The translations under genes and the position numbers were made by a program. From NCBI GenBank assembly GCA_023267885.1, contig JALNLB010000006.1, positions 1 to 53,753 on the forward strand: a stretch of 53,753 nucleotides of DNA, in the 5' to 3' direction. The DNA is from Candidatus Terraquivivens ruidianensis (GTDB taxonomy: Archaea > Thermoproteota > Nitrososphaeria_A > Caldarchaeales > Wolframiiraptoraceae). The notes beneath the pieces were generated by a model. That model had not been told where the DNA came from. It was given only the letters and a program-made list of their open reading frames with translations, and ran no database searches. Shown one piece after another: positions 45,968-53,753 of this stretch. Every line of letters begins with the position of its first letter. The stretch's first letter is position 1.

Positions 45968-46029
45968 CTTTTCGACAAGCCTTTCCGTTAAAAAGTTATT
46001 TGTGTATAAAACGGAGAGTTTGTCGAAAG
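45968..46029. promoter_or_regulatory. Inverted repeat flanking an A/T-rich TATA-like element upstream of the arcadin-like/crenactin operon
   Basis: TTCGACAA (45971..45978) and TTGTCGAA (46020..46027) form a perfect 8-nt inverted repeat. It extends to cttTtcgacaa / tttgtcgaaag with one indel. The arms bracket gttaaaaagttatttgtgtataaaac. Confidence 0.3.
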
Positions 46030-46042
46030 TGAAACTATAGCT

Positions 46043-47008
46043 TCAACAGACCTTATCTGAAATTAGCTCCTCGGCTATACGCCTCGGAGCCTTCGGTCCC
46101 CTGAACAGCATGGCGGTCATTATCTGGACAGTATTCGCACCCGCCCTCAGCGCGTCTGATGCATCCTTTCCTGTCATTATGCCTCCGACGGCGTTTATCT
46201 CAACCTCGTCGCCCAGCTCCTTTCTAATCCTATCCACTGTCCTTAGCATGGTCGACCTCAAAGGCCTGCCACTTAAACCGCCCTTTCCGAGCGCGAGCTC
46301 GGGCGCATCTACCAAGAGCGTGTTGATAGCTGTTACGCCATCCATCCCGCAGTCCATCCATACCTTTAGCAGCTTGCAGGTCTCATCCATATCCTCAGAT
46401 GTCGCAGGAGGCGGAATCTTGATGTATATCGGCTTAGACTTAAATTCTCTTAACCTCTCGGCCAGCTCGCGTATAGTTTCAGGCCTCTTCATGCCCATGC
46501 TAGCCTCATGCGTAGGGCATGATATGTTGACCTCTACAGCATCGACAATGTTCTGCACGATGGTGAAGCACTCGACAAACTCATCCAACGTATCGCCCGT
46601 GATGCTGGCGACAACCTTGCAGCCCTTAACTCCGTTGAAGTTTCTCACGAATTCTACGACGCCGGGGTTTGGTAGGCCCATGGAGTTCACGACAGCTTGC
46701 TCCGCATCCCTGTAAGCTATCCTAGGCTTAGGATGACCCTTCCTCGGCTTTAGCGTGAAGCTACCCACTACGATGTAACCGAAACCGAGCTTGGATAGCG
46801 CTCCTAAGTACTTCCCGCTCTTGTCATAACCTGCCGCGAGGCCTATCGGGCTTCTTAACCTTCCCATCTTGGTCTCGACCTCTAGACCTCTCGGAGGCTC
46901 GAGCTCTAATGGCAAGTACTTCAGTAGCCTGAGCCATGCTTTGTGCAGGAGTTCCGGCCCTAAGATGTGCGCCAGGAGCTTTATGGCAGGATTTATCCTA
47001 ATCGACAA
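46043..47008 (-). CDS. pyrD: Dihydroorotate dehydrogenase (class-2-like, with an N-terminal helical extension)
   Basis: 321 aa. SPIGLAAGYDKSGK, NSMGLPNPG and GGLSGRPL. TTG start. Confidence 0.85.
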   Translation of the reverse strand: MSIRINPAIKLLAHILGPELLHKAWLRLLKYLPLELEPPRGLEVETKMGRLRSPIGLAAGYDKSGKYLGALSKLGFGYIVVGSFTLKPRKGHPKPRIAYRDAEQAVVNSMGLPNPGVVEFVRNFNGVKGCKVVASITGDTLDEFVECFTIVQNIVDAVEVNISCPTHEASMGMKRPETIRELAERLREFKSKPIYIKIPPPATSEDMDETCKLLKVWMDCGMDGVTAINTLLVDAPELALGKGGLSGRPLRSTMLRTVDRIRKELGDEVEINAVGGIMTGKDASDALRAGANTVQIMTAMLFRGPKAPRRIAEELISDKVC

Positions 47009-47093
47009 GCACCGCCCCCTTATTTATCCCCAAACCGCCATATTATCCTTTATAGAATTCCATGGGTCTTATCGCAGGTTTAAGCACCGTGAC

Positions 47094-47117
47094 TTCCTTA
47101 TATATCGGAATAAGGAA
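47094..47117. promoter_or_regulatory. Palindrome overlapping a TATA-like box in the pyrD / pyrB divergent spacer
   Basis: TTCCTTAT (47094..47101), an 8-nt spacer, then ATAAGGAA (47110..47117). It contains CTTATATAT about 31-39 nt upstream of the proposed pyrB TTG start. Confidence 0.3.
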
Positions 47118-47135
47118 TTTTTGCGAGGGTCATTA

Positions 47136-48053
47136 TTGTGGAAGTTTAGGGACGTTATATCGATACTAGACTTCAATAGAGAAGACCTTGAGCACCTGTT
47201 TTCCATGACCGACAGGATACTCGAGCGCCTATTCGACGTCGGAAGTTTGCTGGATGGAAAGATAGTTGCCACTGCCTTCATAGAGCCTAGCACTAGGACG
47301 AGGCTGAGCTTCGAGACGGCCGCCAAGAGGCTCGGCGCAGAAGTCATAAACCTCGAGCCACATATATCGTCCATGGCCAAGGGCGAGAGCTTGACGGACA
47401 CGCTTAGGATGCTAGACGACTACGCCGACCTCATAGTGATAAGAAGCCCGTACGAGGGCTCGGCGAAGCATGCGGCCGACGTCTGCGAGCATCCTGTGAT
47501 AAACGGCGGCGACGGGACGCAACACCATCCTACGCAGGCGATGATAGACCTATACACCGTAAGAAGGCTGAAGGGCAGGATAGATGGGTTAGAGTTTGGC
47601 GTGGTTGGTGACCTGAAATACGGCAGGGCCGCGGCATCCTTCCTATACGGCCTCACTAGGTTCAACGTCAAGAGGATATGGTTAATCTCACCAGAGCCCC
47701 TCTCACCAAGGCCCGAGCTTATGGATAGGTTAAAGTCCTTGGGCGTGGACATCATGAAGACGGAGAACTTGGAGGAGGCCGTGGAGGGCGTCGACATACT
47801 CTACGTGACGAGGATACAGAAGGAGAGGTTTCCTGACCCTGCTGAGTACGAGAAGGTCAGGGGTAGTTACGTGATAACGAGGAAAATCATCTCGAGGGCG
47901 CGCGAGGGTCTGAAGGTTTTGCATCCGCTTCCGAGGGTTGACGAGCTATCCCATGACGTAGACGATACACCATACCAAGCCTACTTCATTCAGGCCAAGT
48001 TTGGTGTCCCTGTGAGGATGGCGCTAATAAGTTTGATTCTCGGAGCATTCTAG
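47136..48053 (+). CDS. pyrB: Aspartate carbamoyltransferase catalytic subunit
   Basis: I propose the start at in-frame TTG 47136; the ORF-track start 46869 lies inside pyrD on the other strand. EPSTRTRLSFETAAKRLG, HHPTQAMID and LHPLPRVDE. Confidence 0.9.
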   Translation: MWKFRDVISILDFNREDLEHLFSMTDRILERLFDVGSLLDGKIVATAFIEPSTRTRLSFETAAKRLGAEVINLEPHISSMAKGESLTDTLRMLDDYADLIVIRSPYEGSAKHAADVCEHPVINGGDGTQHHPTQAMIDLYTVRRLKGRIDGLEFGVVGDLKYGRAAASFLYGLTRFNVKRIWLISPEPLSPRPELMDRLKSLGVDIMKTENLEEAVEGVDILYVTRIQKERFPDPAEYEKVRGSYVITRKIISRAREGLKVLHPLPRVDELSHDVDDTPYQAYFIQAKFGVPVRMALISLILGAF

Positions 48054-48062
48054 GTGTTTCAT

Positions 48063-48539
48063 ATGGACGAGCAGGAAACTTTGCGGGTAAGCAAGATAAA
48101 GAACGGTACGGTCATAGACCACATACCGGCTGGCAGGGCCCTAGCGGTTCTCAGGTTGATGGGCATAACTGGGAGCGAGGGACACGTTGTAACCGTGGCG
48201 ATGAACGTGAGGAGTGGAAAGCTCGGTAAGAAGGACCTCGTGAAGGTCGAGAACCTGGAGCTCAAGGCCGAGCAGGTCAACAAGCTGACACTGATAGCAC
48301 CTACCGCTACGATAAACATAATACGGGATTACGAAGTTGTGGAGAAGAGAAACGTCAAATTACCCGACAAGATAGTCGGCATCCTGAGGTGCACAAACCC
48401 AGGTTGCATAACGAGGCAGCCTATGGAGCACGTGAGCTCGAGGTTCCTCATAGTCTCGAAGAGCCCGTTGAGACTCGAGTGCGAGTACTGCGGCAGGTAC
48501 CTCGAGGAGGAGGAAGTTCTGAAGCAGTTGACGCAATAG
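48063..48539 (+). CDS. pyrI: Aspartate carbamoyltransferase regulatory subunit
   Basis: MDEQETLRVSKIKNGTVIDHIPAG and the C-terminal zinc domain CTNPGCITR ... CEYCG. The start is ATG 48063 or GTG 48054. Confidence 0.9.
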   Translation: MDEQETLRVSKIKNGTVIDHIPAGRALAVLRLMGITGSEGHVVTVAMNVRSGKLGKKDLVKVENLELKAEQVNKLTLIAPTATINIIRDYEVVEKRNVKLPDKIVGILRCTNPGCITRQPMEHVSSRFLIVSKSPLRLECEYCGRYLEEEEVLKQLTQ

Positions 48540-48547
48540 TGAAAGCG

Positions 48548-49777
48548 ATGGCTGACCTAAGGATAGTCGGTAGGGCGTTCGTTGACGGGCGGATTTTGGA
48601 CGAGATTACCGTCGAGATAGATGGTGAGTTCATATCCTCCGTGAGTGTAGGCGAGAGCGGCTCAGGTCCCAGACTACTACTAAACAAGGGCCAACTGCTC
48701 CTACCGTCCGCCACGGACCTTCACGTTCACCTCAGGGACTGGAAGCAAGCATACAAGGAGGATGTGTTCACGGGAACCTCTGCGGCGGCCGCTGGCGGTG
48801 TCACAACTGTGGTGGAGATGCCCAATACGCTTCCACCCATAAGGAGCTCCGGCGCCCTAAAGGAAAGGCTTGAGCTCTTGGCAACGCGCGCCGTCGTAGA
48901 TTACTCAATCCACATAGGTGCCCTCGAGAGCGTTAAGGATGCCGTCGAGGCTCTGGAGTTGGGAGCATGCAGCATGAAGCTCTACCCTACGGACTTAGAA
49001 AGGCTTGAATCCCATCTCCGAGTATCGAGGATGAGCGGAATGAGGCTCGTAGTTCATGCGGAGCTGAAGGGAGGTGACGAGCCTGAGACCGTAAAGATGC
49101 TGTTGTCGCGTATGAAGGTAGGTGATGACATAAGGTTCGCCCATATCTCAAGGGCCGAGTCGCTAAGGATGATAGAGCTGGCGAAGATGGGCCTCGGTGC
49201 GAGGATAACGGTTGAGGCGGCGCCCCATCATCTCTTTCTATCCTCCGAGGAGCTCGACGAAAATGTCAGGAAAATATCAGCAGTAAGACCCCCGCTCGCC
49301 TCAAGGGCTGATAGGCATTACGTTTTTTCTGGCCTGGGCGCATGCTCCGTGGACTTCATAGCGTCAGACCATGCGCCGCATGCTTTAGAAGAGAAGATGT
49401 CCGAGCCATCTGCTCCAGGCTTTCCCGGTCTGGAGATAACGTATCCCTTGATGCTGACCGAGTGGCTCGAGGGCAGGCTTGAGATAAGCGTACTCGTCAA
49501 GAAGCTTTGTAAGGCTCCCGCAGAGTATCTCGGAATACCCAAGGGAGAGATAAGGGAGGGGTTCTATGCTGACTTGGTAGTCTTCGATACGAGGGCGCGG
49601 TGGAACGTTAGCGCTAAGGATTTCCTGAGCAAGGCGAAGTACACACCGTTCGAGGGTAGGCCGCTCCTCGCGAAGGTCGTTTCGGTCTTCAGGAGGGGCG
49701 AGCTGGTATATGACGGCGGACTCATGGTAAAGGGCGGCGGTATGCATGTCCACGAGCTGAAGCAAAGATATGGGTAA
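48548..49777 (+). CDS. pyrC: Dihydroorotase
   Basis: Start at ATG 48548 (MADLRIVGRAF), 9 nt after the pyrI stop. Metal-binding DLHVHLRD and SDHAPH. Confidence 0.85.
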   Translation: MADLRIVGRAFVDGRILDEITVEIDGEFISSVSVGESGSGPRLLLNKGQLLLPSATDLHVHLRDWKQAYKEDVFTGTSAAAAGGVTTVVEMPNTLPPIRSSGALKERLELLATRAVVDYSIHIGALESVKDAVEALELGACSMKLYPTDLERLESHLRVSRMSGMRLVVHAELKGGDEPETVKMLLSRMKVGDDIRFAHISRAESLRMIELAKMGLGARITVEAAPHHLFLSSEELDENVRKISAVRPPLASRADRHYVFSGLGACSVDFIASDHAPHALEEKMSEPSAPGFPGLEITYPLMLTEWLEGRLEISVLVKKLCKAPAEYLGIPKGEIREGFYADLVVFDTRARWNVSAKDFLSKAKYTPFEGRPLLAKVVSVFRRGELVYDGGLMVKGGGMHVHELKQRYG

Positions 49778-49809
49778 AGCTTATCCGTAGCCTTGCTCGG
49801 AATCTTGGT

Positions 49810-49864
49810 GGCTATGATGAAGCCCTAAGAGTTGAGCCGTGATATCCTCTGGGGTATCTGAGCC
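49810..49864 (+). ncRNA. C/D-box sRNA candidate (2'-O-methylation guide)
   Basis: Layout: GGCU AUGAUGA(C, 49814..49820) AGCCCUAAGAG(11 nt) UUGA(D') GCC GUGAUAU(C') CCUCUGGGGUAU(12 nt) CUGA(D, 49858..49861) GCC. The terminal GGC/GCC can pair. It lies 33 nt downstream of the pyrC stop. Confidence 0.6.
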
Positions 49865-49934
49865 GAAAAGCTGTCGATAGAAGAGAATCAAAGGCAAGGA
49901 AGCCTTATAAATCATGCAGAGGCTCAGTCATTTT

Positions 49935-49993
49935 GGCGATGATGAGAAAACGTCGCGACTTATAGGATGCTCACCAAGAGCGGGGTTTGAGCC
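49935..49993 (+). ncRNA. Weaker second C/D-box-like sRNA candidate
   Basis: GGCG AUGAUGA(49939..49945) GAAAACGUCGCG ... GGAUGC ... UUGA(49987..49990) GCC, with the same GGC/GCC termini. TTATAAAT at 49905..49912 lies about 27 nt upstream. The internal D'/C' boxes are degenerate and the second spacer is too long (14-16 nt). Confidence 0.25.
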
Positions 49994-50153
49994 TCAAAAA
50001 CCTGAATAAGGTCTTCTTATGCAAAACGATGATTCAAACACCCTCCAAAATTCTTGTAACACGAAACCGTTACAAATGCATATTAATACCTAAGGTTGCC
50101 GGACAAAAAATGGTTACATAAGTTTAAACATATTGAGGTAAATCCCAGTGGGC

Positions 50154-51155
50154 ATGAAGAAGGCTATCGTACTAGTAGCGATAATATTCATCCTAATAAT
50201 CTCCCTGTCCTTGACGTTCATGCTTGGAAAGTCCACCGCAAAAGAGTATGAAAACGTGAGCGTTGCTGTAGAATTCAACAATCATGCGGCAGCAGCATAC
50301 ATTGCAAAACATTTTGACTGGTTTAAAGAAAACGGGTTGAACATAACTACATTTAATTCGTACGTTACAGGCGTGGCTTTGGCGAATGCTTTGGCTAGAG
50401 GTGATGTAGATGCTGCTTATGTTTGCCTCGGCCCCGCACTCATCGCATACTCTAAAGGCGTAGACATAGTCATAGTGTCTGGAACGCATCTTTACGGATA
50501 TTCTGTCGTTACGAGACGGGAAATAACGACTCCTGGAGATCTTGATGGTAAAAAAGTAGGCATAGTTGAGGCTGGCTCTAATACGGACATATTTTTCCAA
50601 ATGGTTGTTAAAAAGTACGATCTGAAAAACATCGATGTTAGAAGGGGAAACCCACCACTCTTAACAACGCTACTCTGGACGGGACAAGTGGATGCTATAG
50701 TTGTACCAGAACACTGGGCTACTATGGCATCGTCAAAGGAGGGCTTTCATGTCTTGCTGAGAAGTCAAGATGTTTGGAGCGGCATGCCGGGCAGCGTGTT
50801 AATCGTTAAGCGCGAACTCTTAGAAAAGAGGCCCGAGGTAGTGGAGAAGCTGGTAAAGATTACTGAAAAAGGTGTTAAGTTCATTGAAGAGAATAAAGAA
50901 CAGGCTGCTGAGATCATCGTGGATGAGCTGGGTAAAGCCTCTCCAATGGGCGTAGAGCTTAAGCTGGTAGAGGAAGTGTCAAAAACACTTTCACCAAGCT
51001 TGATGCTAGACTCGATGAAAAATCTAAACTACACTTCAGAGTTGGATTCGGGCGCCATCAATCAATATATAGAGTTCCTGTACGACCTGGGCTACATAGA
51101 GAATAAAATCGACGTTAACAAAATTGTTGGTGCGCATTTCTCCGCGAAGGGATAA
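50154..51155 (+). CDS. ABC transporter substrate-binding protein (NMT1/THI5 - SsuA/TauA-like)
   Basis: N-terminal membrane anchor MKKAIVLVAIIFILIISLSLTF followed by a periplasmic-binding-protein-like body. The start is ATG 50154 or GTG 50148. Family by eye. Confidence 0.7.
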   Translation: MKKAIVLVAIIFILIISLSLTFMLGKSTAKEYENVSVAVEFNNHAAAAYIAKHFDWFKENGLNITTFNSYVTGVALANALARGDVDAAYVCLGPALIAYSKGVDIVIVSGTHLYGYSVVTRREITTPGDLDGKKVGIVEAGSNTDIFFQMVVKKYDLKNIDVRRGNPPLLTTLLWTGQVDAIVVPEHWATMASSKEGFHVLLRSQDVWSGMPGSVLIVKRELLEKRPEVVEKLVKITEKGVKFIEENKEQAAEIIVDELGKASPMGVELKLVEEVSKTLSPSLMLDSMKNLNYTSELDSGAINQYIEFLYDLGYIENKIDVNKIVGAHFSAKG

Positions 51156-51158
51156 CAT

Positions 51159-51914
51159 TTGGGGCTTGTCCAAAAATGTGAGAGGTTTAGTTGGCTGATA
51201 CCGATAGCGGTCTTGTTGGTTCTTTGGGAGGTTGTGGCTAGAGCGCATTTATTCCCAGAGTACTTGTTTCCACCTTTCTCAAAAGTTGTCCTTACGGCTT
51301 TCCTCCTGGCTGAAAACGGAATATTATGGGAGCATCTTATGGCCAGCTTGCTAAGGGTCTTGGTAGGATTACTAATAGGTTCAATGACCGGCGTAGGTTT
51401 AGGGGTATTGATGGGTTATAGAGAGAAAGTTTACAGGGCGCTCCATCCTATCTTTAGCCTTTTGATGCCTATACCAGTCCTCGGCTGGCTGCCTCTATTC
51501 ATACTTTGGGTTGGGATAAACGAGGCGTTGCCCATATTGCTCATATTCATCTGCTCATTCTTCCCACTGCTCTACAACACAATCTCTGGGATTAGAAGCG
51601 TTGATAGAGGCTACGTAGAGATTGCTAGGAGTCTTGGAGCCTCTGAGAGGAGAGCCTTCCTAGACGTAGTCATGCCATTAGCTCTGCAGAACATCATTAC
51701 GGGTATGAGACTTGAGGCTGGGATGGCTTGGAGGACGATAGTGGCCGCTGAGATGATAGCGATACCCATGGGCATAGGCTCTCTCTTAATAAACTCGCAA
51801 TACCTGCTGCGTATAGATGTGATCATGGTCTGTCTTGGAGTGCTAGCAACGATGTCCCTACTATTCGAGAAGATACTGCTATGGGTGGAGAGAAAGAGCA
51901 TGAAATGGAGGTGA
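51159..51914 (+). CDS. ABC transporter permease (TauC/SsuC-like)
   Basis: 251 aa, about 6 TM. EAA-loop region EIARSLGASERRAFLDVVMPLALQNI. TTG start. Confidence 0.8.
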   Translation: MGLVQKCERFSWLIPIAVLLVLWEVVARAHLFPEYLFPPFSKVVLTAFLLAENGILWEHLMASLLRVLVGLLIGSMTGVGLGVLMGYREKVYRALHPIFSLLMPIPVLGWLPLFILWVGINEALPILLIFICSFFPLLYNTISGIRSVDRGYVEIARSLGASERRAFLDVVMPLALQNIITGMRLEAGMAWRTIVAAEMIAIPMGIGSLLINSQYLLRIDVIMVCLGVLATMSLLFEKILLWVERKSMKWR

Positions 51915-51918
51915 AGTT

Positions 51919-52968
51919 TTGACAAGCATACAGCTACAGAATGTAAGCAATGAATACGTACTAAAAAATGTGAATTTAACGATAGTGGATAAAACGCTTT
52001 TCATGTTAATTGGGCCATCTGGCGCAGGAAAAACAACGCTTCTCAAAGCGATCGCAGGCTTGGTAAAGTACGCTGGCAGAATACTATTCGACGGCGAACC
52101 TCTGGATGGTGTGCCACCAGAGGGTAGAGGTGTAGGATACGTGCCGCAGGACTTTACACTCTTCCCACACATGACCGTTGAAGAAAACGTTGCATATGGG
52201 TTAAAGGTTAAAAATGTCCCGTACGTAGAGGTTGTTCGCAGAATAAAAGAGCTACTCGAAATAATGGGAATATACGAACTACGTAAACGTTATCCTAGAG
52301 ATCTGAGTGGTGGCGAGAAACAACGTGTGGCGATCGCACGCGCATTAGCCATAGACCCCAAAGTGTTGTTGCTGGATGAACCCTTAAGCAACCTGGACCC
52401 AAGGACGAGCAAGTATGTCAGAGAATGGCTCAAGTACATTATCAGGAAACTTTCCATAACAACAATTTGGGTAACGCACGACGTTAACGATGTTGAAGAA
52501 TCGAATTGTAAAGTTGGCGTAATGCTTGATGGTGTACTCGAGCAAGTTGGGCATTATCACGAGATACTCTCCTCTCCAAGTAATGATAAGGTCTCAAAAT
52601 TCCTAGGCTTAGCTAACGTATTTCCGTGTGATGTAGTTAGCTTTAGAGGACCTTTTGCAGAAGTGGATGTGAACGGTTTAAGGATCATGGTGCCATATGA
52701 TGGAGGAAAAGTCAGCAAGATAGTAATCCACCCGCATGATGTAGTGGTCTCTAAAGAGAAATCGTGGGCGTTCGCTGTGAACAGCTATGAGGGGGTTTTA
52801 GAAGAAGTTGTGAATGAAAGATGTTCTGTAAACCTCAAGGTTAGGGTGAACGACGAAGTTGTGTTTAATGCAGAGCTTCCGGAGGACATATACAAGCTCA
52901 CGAATTTAAAGACGGGTGAGAAAGTGTACTTAATGGTAAAGCCTAGGTCGATAAAGGTTATCTCTTAA
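51919..52968 (+). CDS. ABC transporter ATP-binding protein with a C-terminal TOBE/MOP-like domain
   Basis: Walker A GPSGAGKTT, Q-loop VPQD, signature LSGGEKQRVAIARAL, Walker B LLLDEP, H-loop VTHD, and a ~110-aa beta-rich C-terminal extension. Confidence 0.85.
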   Translation: MTSIQLQNVSNEYVLKNVNLTIVDKTLFMLIGPSGAGKTTLLKAIAGLVKYAGRILFDGEPLDGVPPEGRGVGYVPQDFTLFPHMTVEENVAYGLKVKNVPYVEVVRRIKELLEIMGIYELRKRYPRDLSGGEKQRVAIARALAIDPKVLLLDEPLSNLDPRTSKYVREWLKYIIRKLSITTIWVTHDVNDVEESNCKVGVMLDGVLEQVGHYHEILSSPSNDKVSKFLGLANVFPCDVVSFRGPFAEVDVNGLRIMVPYDGGKVSKIVIHPHDVVVSKEKSWAFAVNSYEGVLEEVVNERCSVNLKVRVNDEVVFNAELPEDIYKLTNLKTGEKVYLMVKPRSIKVIS

Positions 52969-52987
52969 CGGCGTTTGGAGATGGTGT

Positions 52988-53722
52988 ATGGACTATCTTC
53001 TAGAGCTTCGTGAAAGATGGTGGAGTAAAGTCGTCGAAAATCGTTTAGAAAGCAGAGAAATTATTGTGAAAGCAAGAGTTCTAGCGCCCGAGGAAGCTAT
53101 TGGCGCCCCTGTCAGAAAAGAGTACCCATTACTGAAAGGAAAGGAAGTTATGATACAGGCAGAGATAGATGGGGTTGTCGGTCAAGCATTTACAGACGAG
53201 CCAACAAACTTTCAGGGCACGTTGAAAGACCTGTATTGTCTCGATATGACAAGGAATTCTGGTAGAGCATTGCTCGTAGCCGGGATAAACACCACCTATA
53301 GGCTCCTGGGACTCGTAGACGGGACTAGACATTGTAAAGATGATGGGCCAGAACTATGCGCAACTAAGATCTCTGAAGCATTATACAATCTACATGGAGA
53401 TGTAAAAACGTGTCTTATAGGTTTTCAGCCAGCCATACTACACAGCCTCTCAAGAAAATTTAGCAACGTCAGGGCAACCGATATGAATGATGAAAATATC
53501 GGTAGAAACTATCATGGTATCACCATAGAATCTTATTTGAAAAACCAAGAGGTGATCGAGTGGAGTGACCTAATCTTAGCCACGGGTTCAACGGTCGTGA
53601 ACAACACGATACAGGATATATTAAGATGGGCTGGGAATAAGTCAACATACTTTTATGGAGTAACAATCGCCGCGCTGGCATACGAATTCAACCTTAAAAG
53701 ACTATGCTTTAATTCTCTCTGA
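52988..53722 (+). CDS. DUF4213/DUF364-like Rossmann protein (so-called putative heavy-metal chelation domain)
   Basis: 244 aa. The C-half pattern KTCLIGFQP ... VRATDMN ... WSDLILATGSTVVNNT ... YFYGVT matches my recollection of DUF364. GGAG lies 8 nt upstream of the ATG. Confidence 0.5.
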   Translation: MDYLLELRERWWSKVVENRLESREIIVKARVLAPEEAIGAPVRKEYPLLKGKEVMIQAEIDGVVGQAFTDEPTNFQGTLKDLYCLDMTRNSGRALLVAGINTTYRLLGLVDGTRHCKDDGPELCATKISEALYNLHGDVKTCLIGFQPAILHSLSRKFSNVRATDMNDENIGRNYHGITIESYLKNQEVIEWSDLILATGSTVVNNTIQDILRWAGNKSTYFYGVTIAALAYEFNLKRLCFNSL

Positions 53723-53753
53723 AAAGGGAGCTTTTGTTATAGGTCTTTGAGAA

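Noticed and set aside
49850-50010. A possible TPP (THI-element) riboswitch upstream of the NMT1/THI5-like ABC operon. It was prompted by GGGGUAUCUGAGCC and ACCUGAAUAAGG.
   Set aside because: The spacing and sequence do not fit the THI-element core. There is no P3 hairpin between GGGG.. and CUGAGA, and no ACCUGAUCUGGAUAAUGCCAGCG-like arm. The CUGA is better explained as the D box of a C/D sRNA.

Overview
This is a gene-dense (roughly 90% coding) chromosomal segment of an archaeon, almost certainly a thermophilic TACK-group lineage. The markers are crenactin, Alba, aIF6, r-proteins S15/S3Ae/S19e/L31e/L39e, RNase P Rpp21, Nep1, KEOPS Pcc1, a RecJ/GAN-like nuclease, a tRNA with a non-canonical intron, and many GTG/TTG starts. 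It looks Thermoproteales/Thermofilaceae-like or Korarchaeota-like; I cannot resolve which without a database search. I support 60 CDS, one truncated at the left edge and one a 49-aa L39e gene missing from the ORF track. I also support 2 tRNA-Gly genes, 1 good and 1 weak C/D-box sRNA candidate, one hairpin terminator and two promoter palindromes. Blocks: (i) 0-7.6 kb, a lower-GC cluster of oxidoreductase/methyltransferase-type genes. (ii) 7.6-20.8 kb, housekeeping genes: MiaB-like, ThiI, Fno, phosphohexomutase, an Nnr repair pair, Alba, deoxyhypusine synthase, a presenilin-like protease, CitG-like + DUF447. (iii) 20.8-24.1 kb, a ten-repeat surface protein abutting signal peptidase I. (iv) DNA ligase plus a tightly coupled unknown. 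(v) Methanopterin/pterin genes (RFAP synthase, MptA, MptE). (vi) 29.8-38.9 kb, translation and information-processing genes. (vii) 39.2-43.7 kb, a five-gene sulfhydrogenase-type NiFe hydrogenase operon containing an extra CAP-effector-domain gene, bracketed by two tRNA-Gly genes. (viii) Crenactin plus an arcadin-2-like partner. (ix) pyrD and pyrB-pyrI-pyrC. (x) An sRNA-bearing spacer and a clearly lower-GC ABC transporter + DUF364 operon. I saw no CRISPR array, rRNA, transposase or integrase. Nothing here can be proven to be a new system from sequence alone. My best candidates for under-described biology are the sensor-domain-containing hydrogenase operon, the minimal crenactin/arcadin module, the surface-protein/signal-peptidase pair and the ABC+DUF364 operon. 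All family calls are by-eye motif recognition; no database search or computation was possible.
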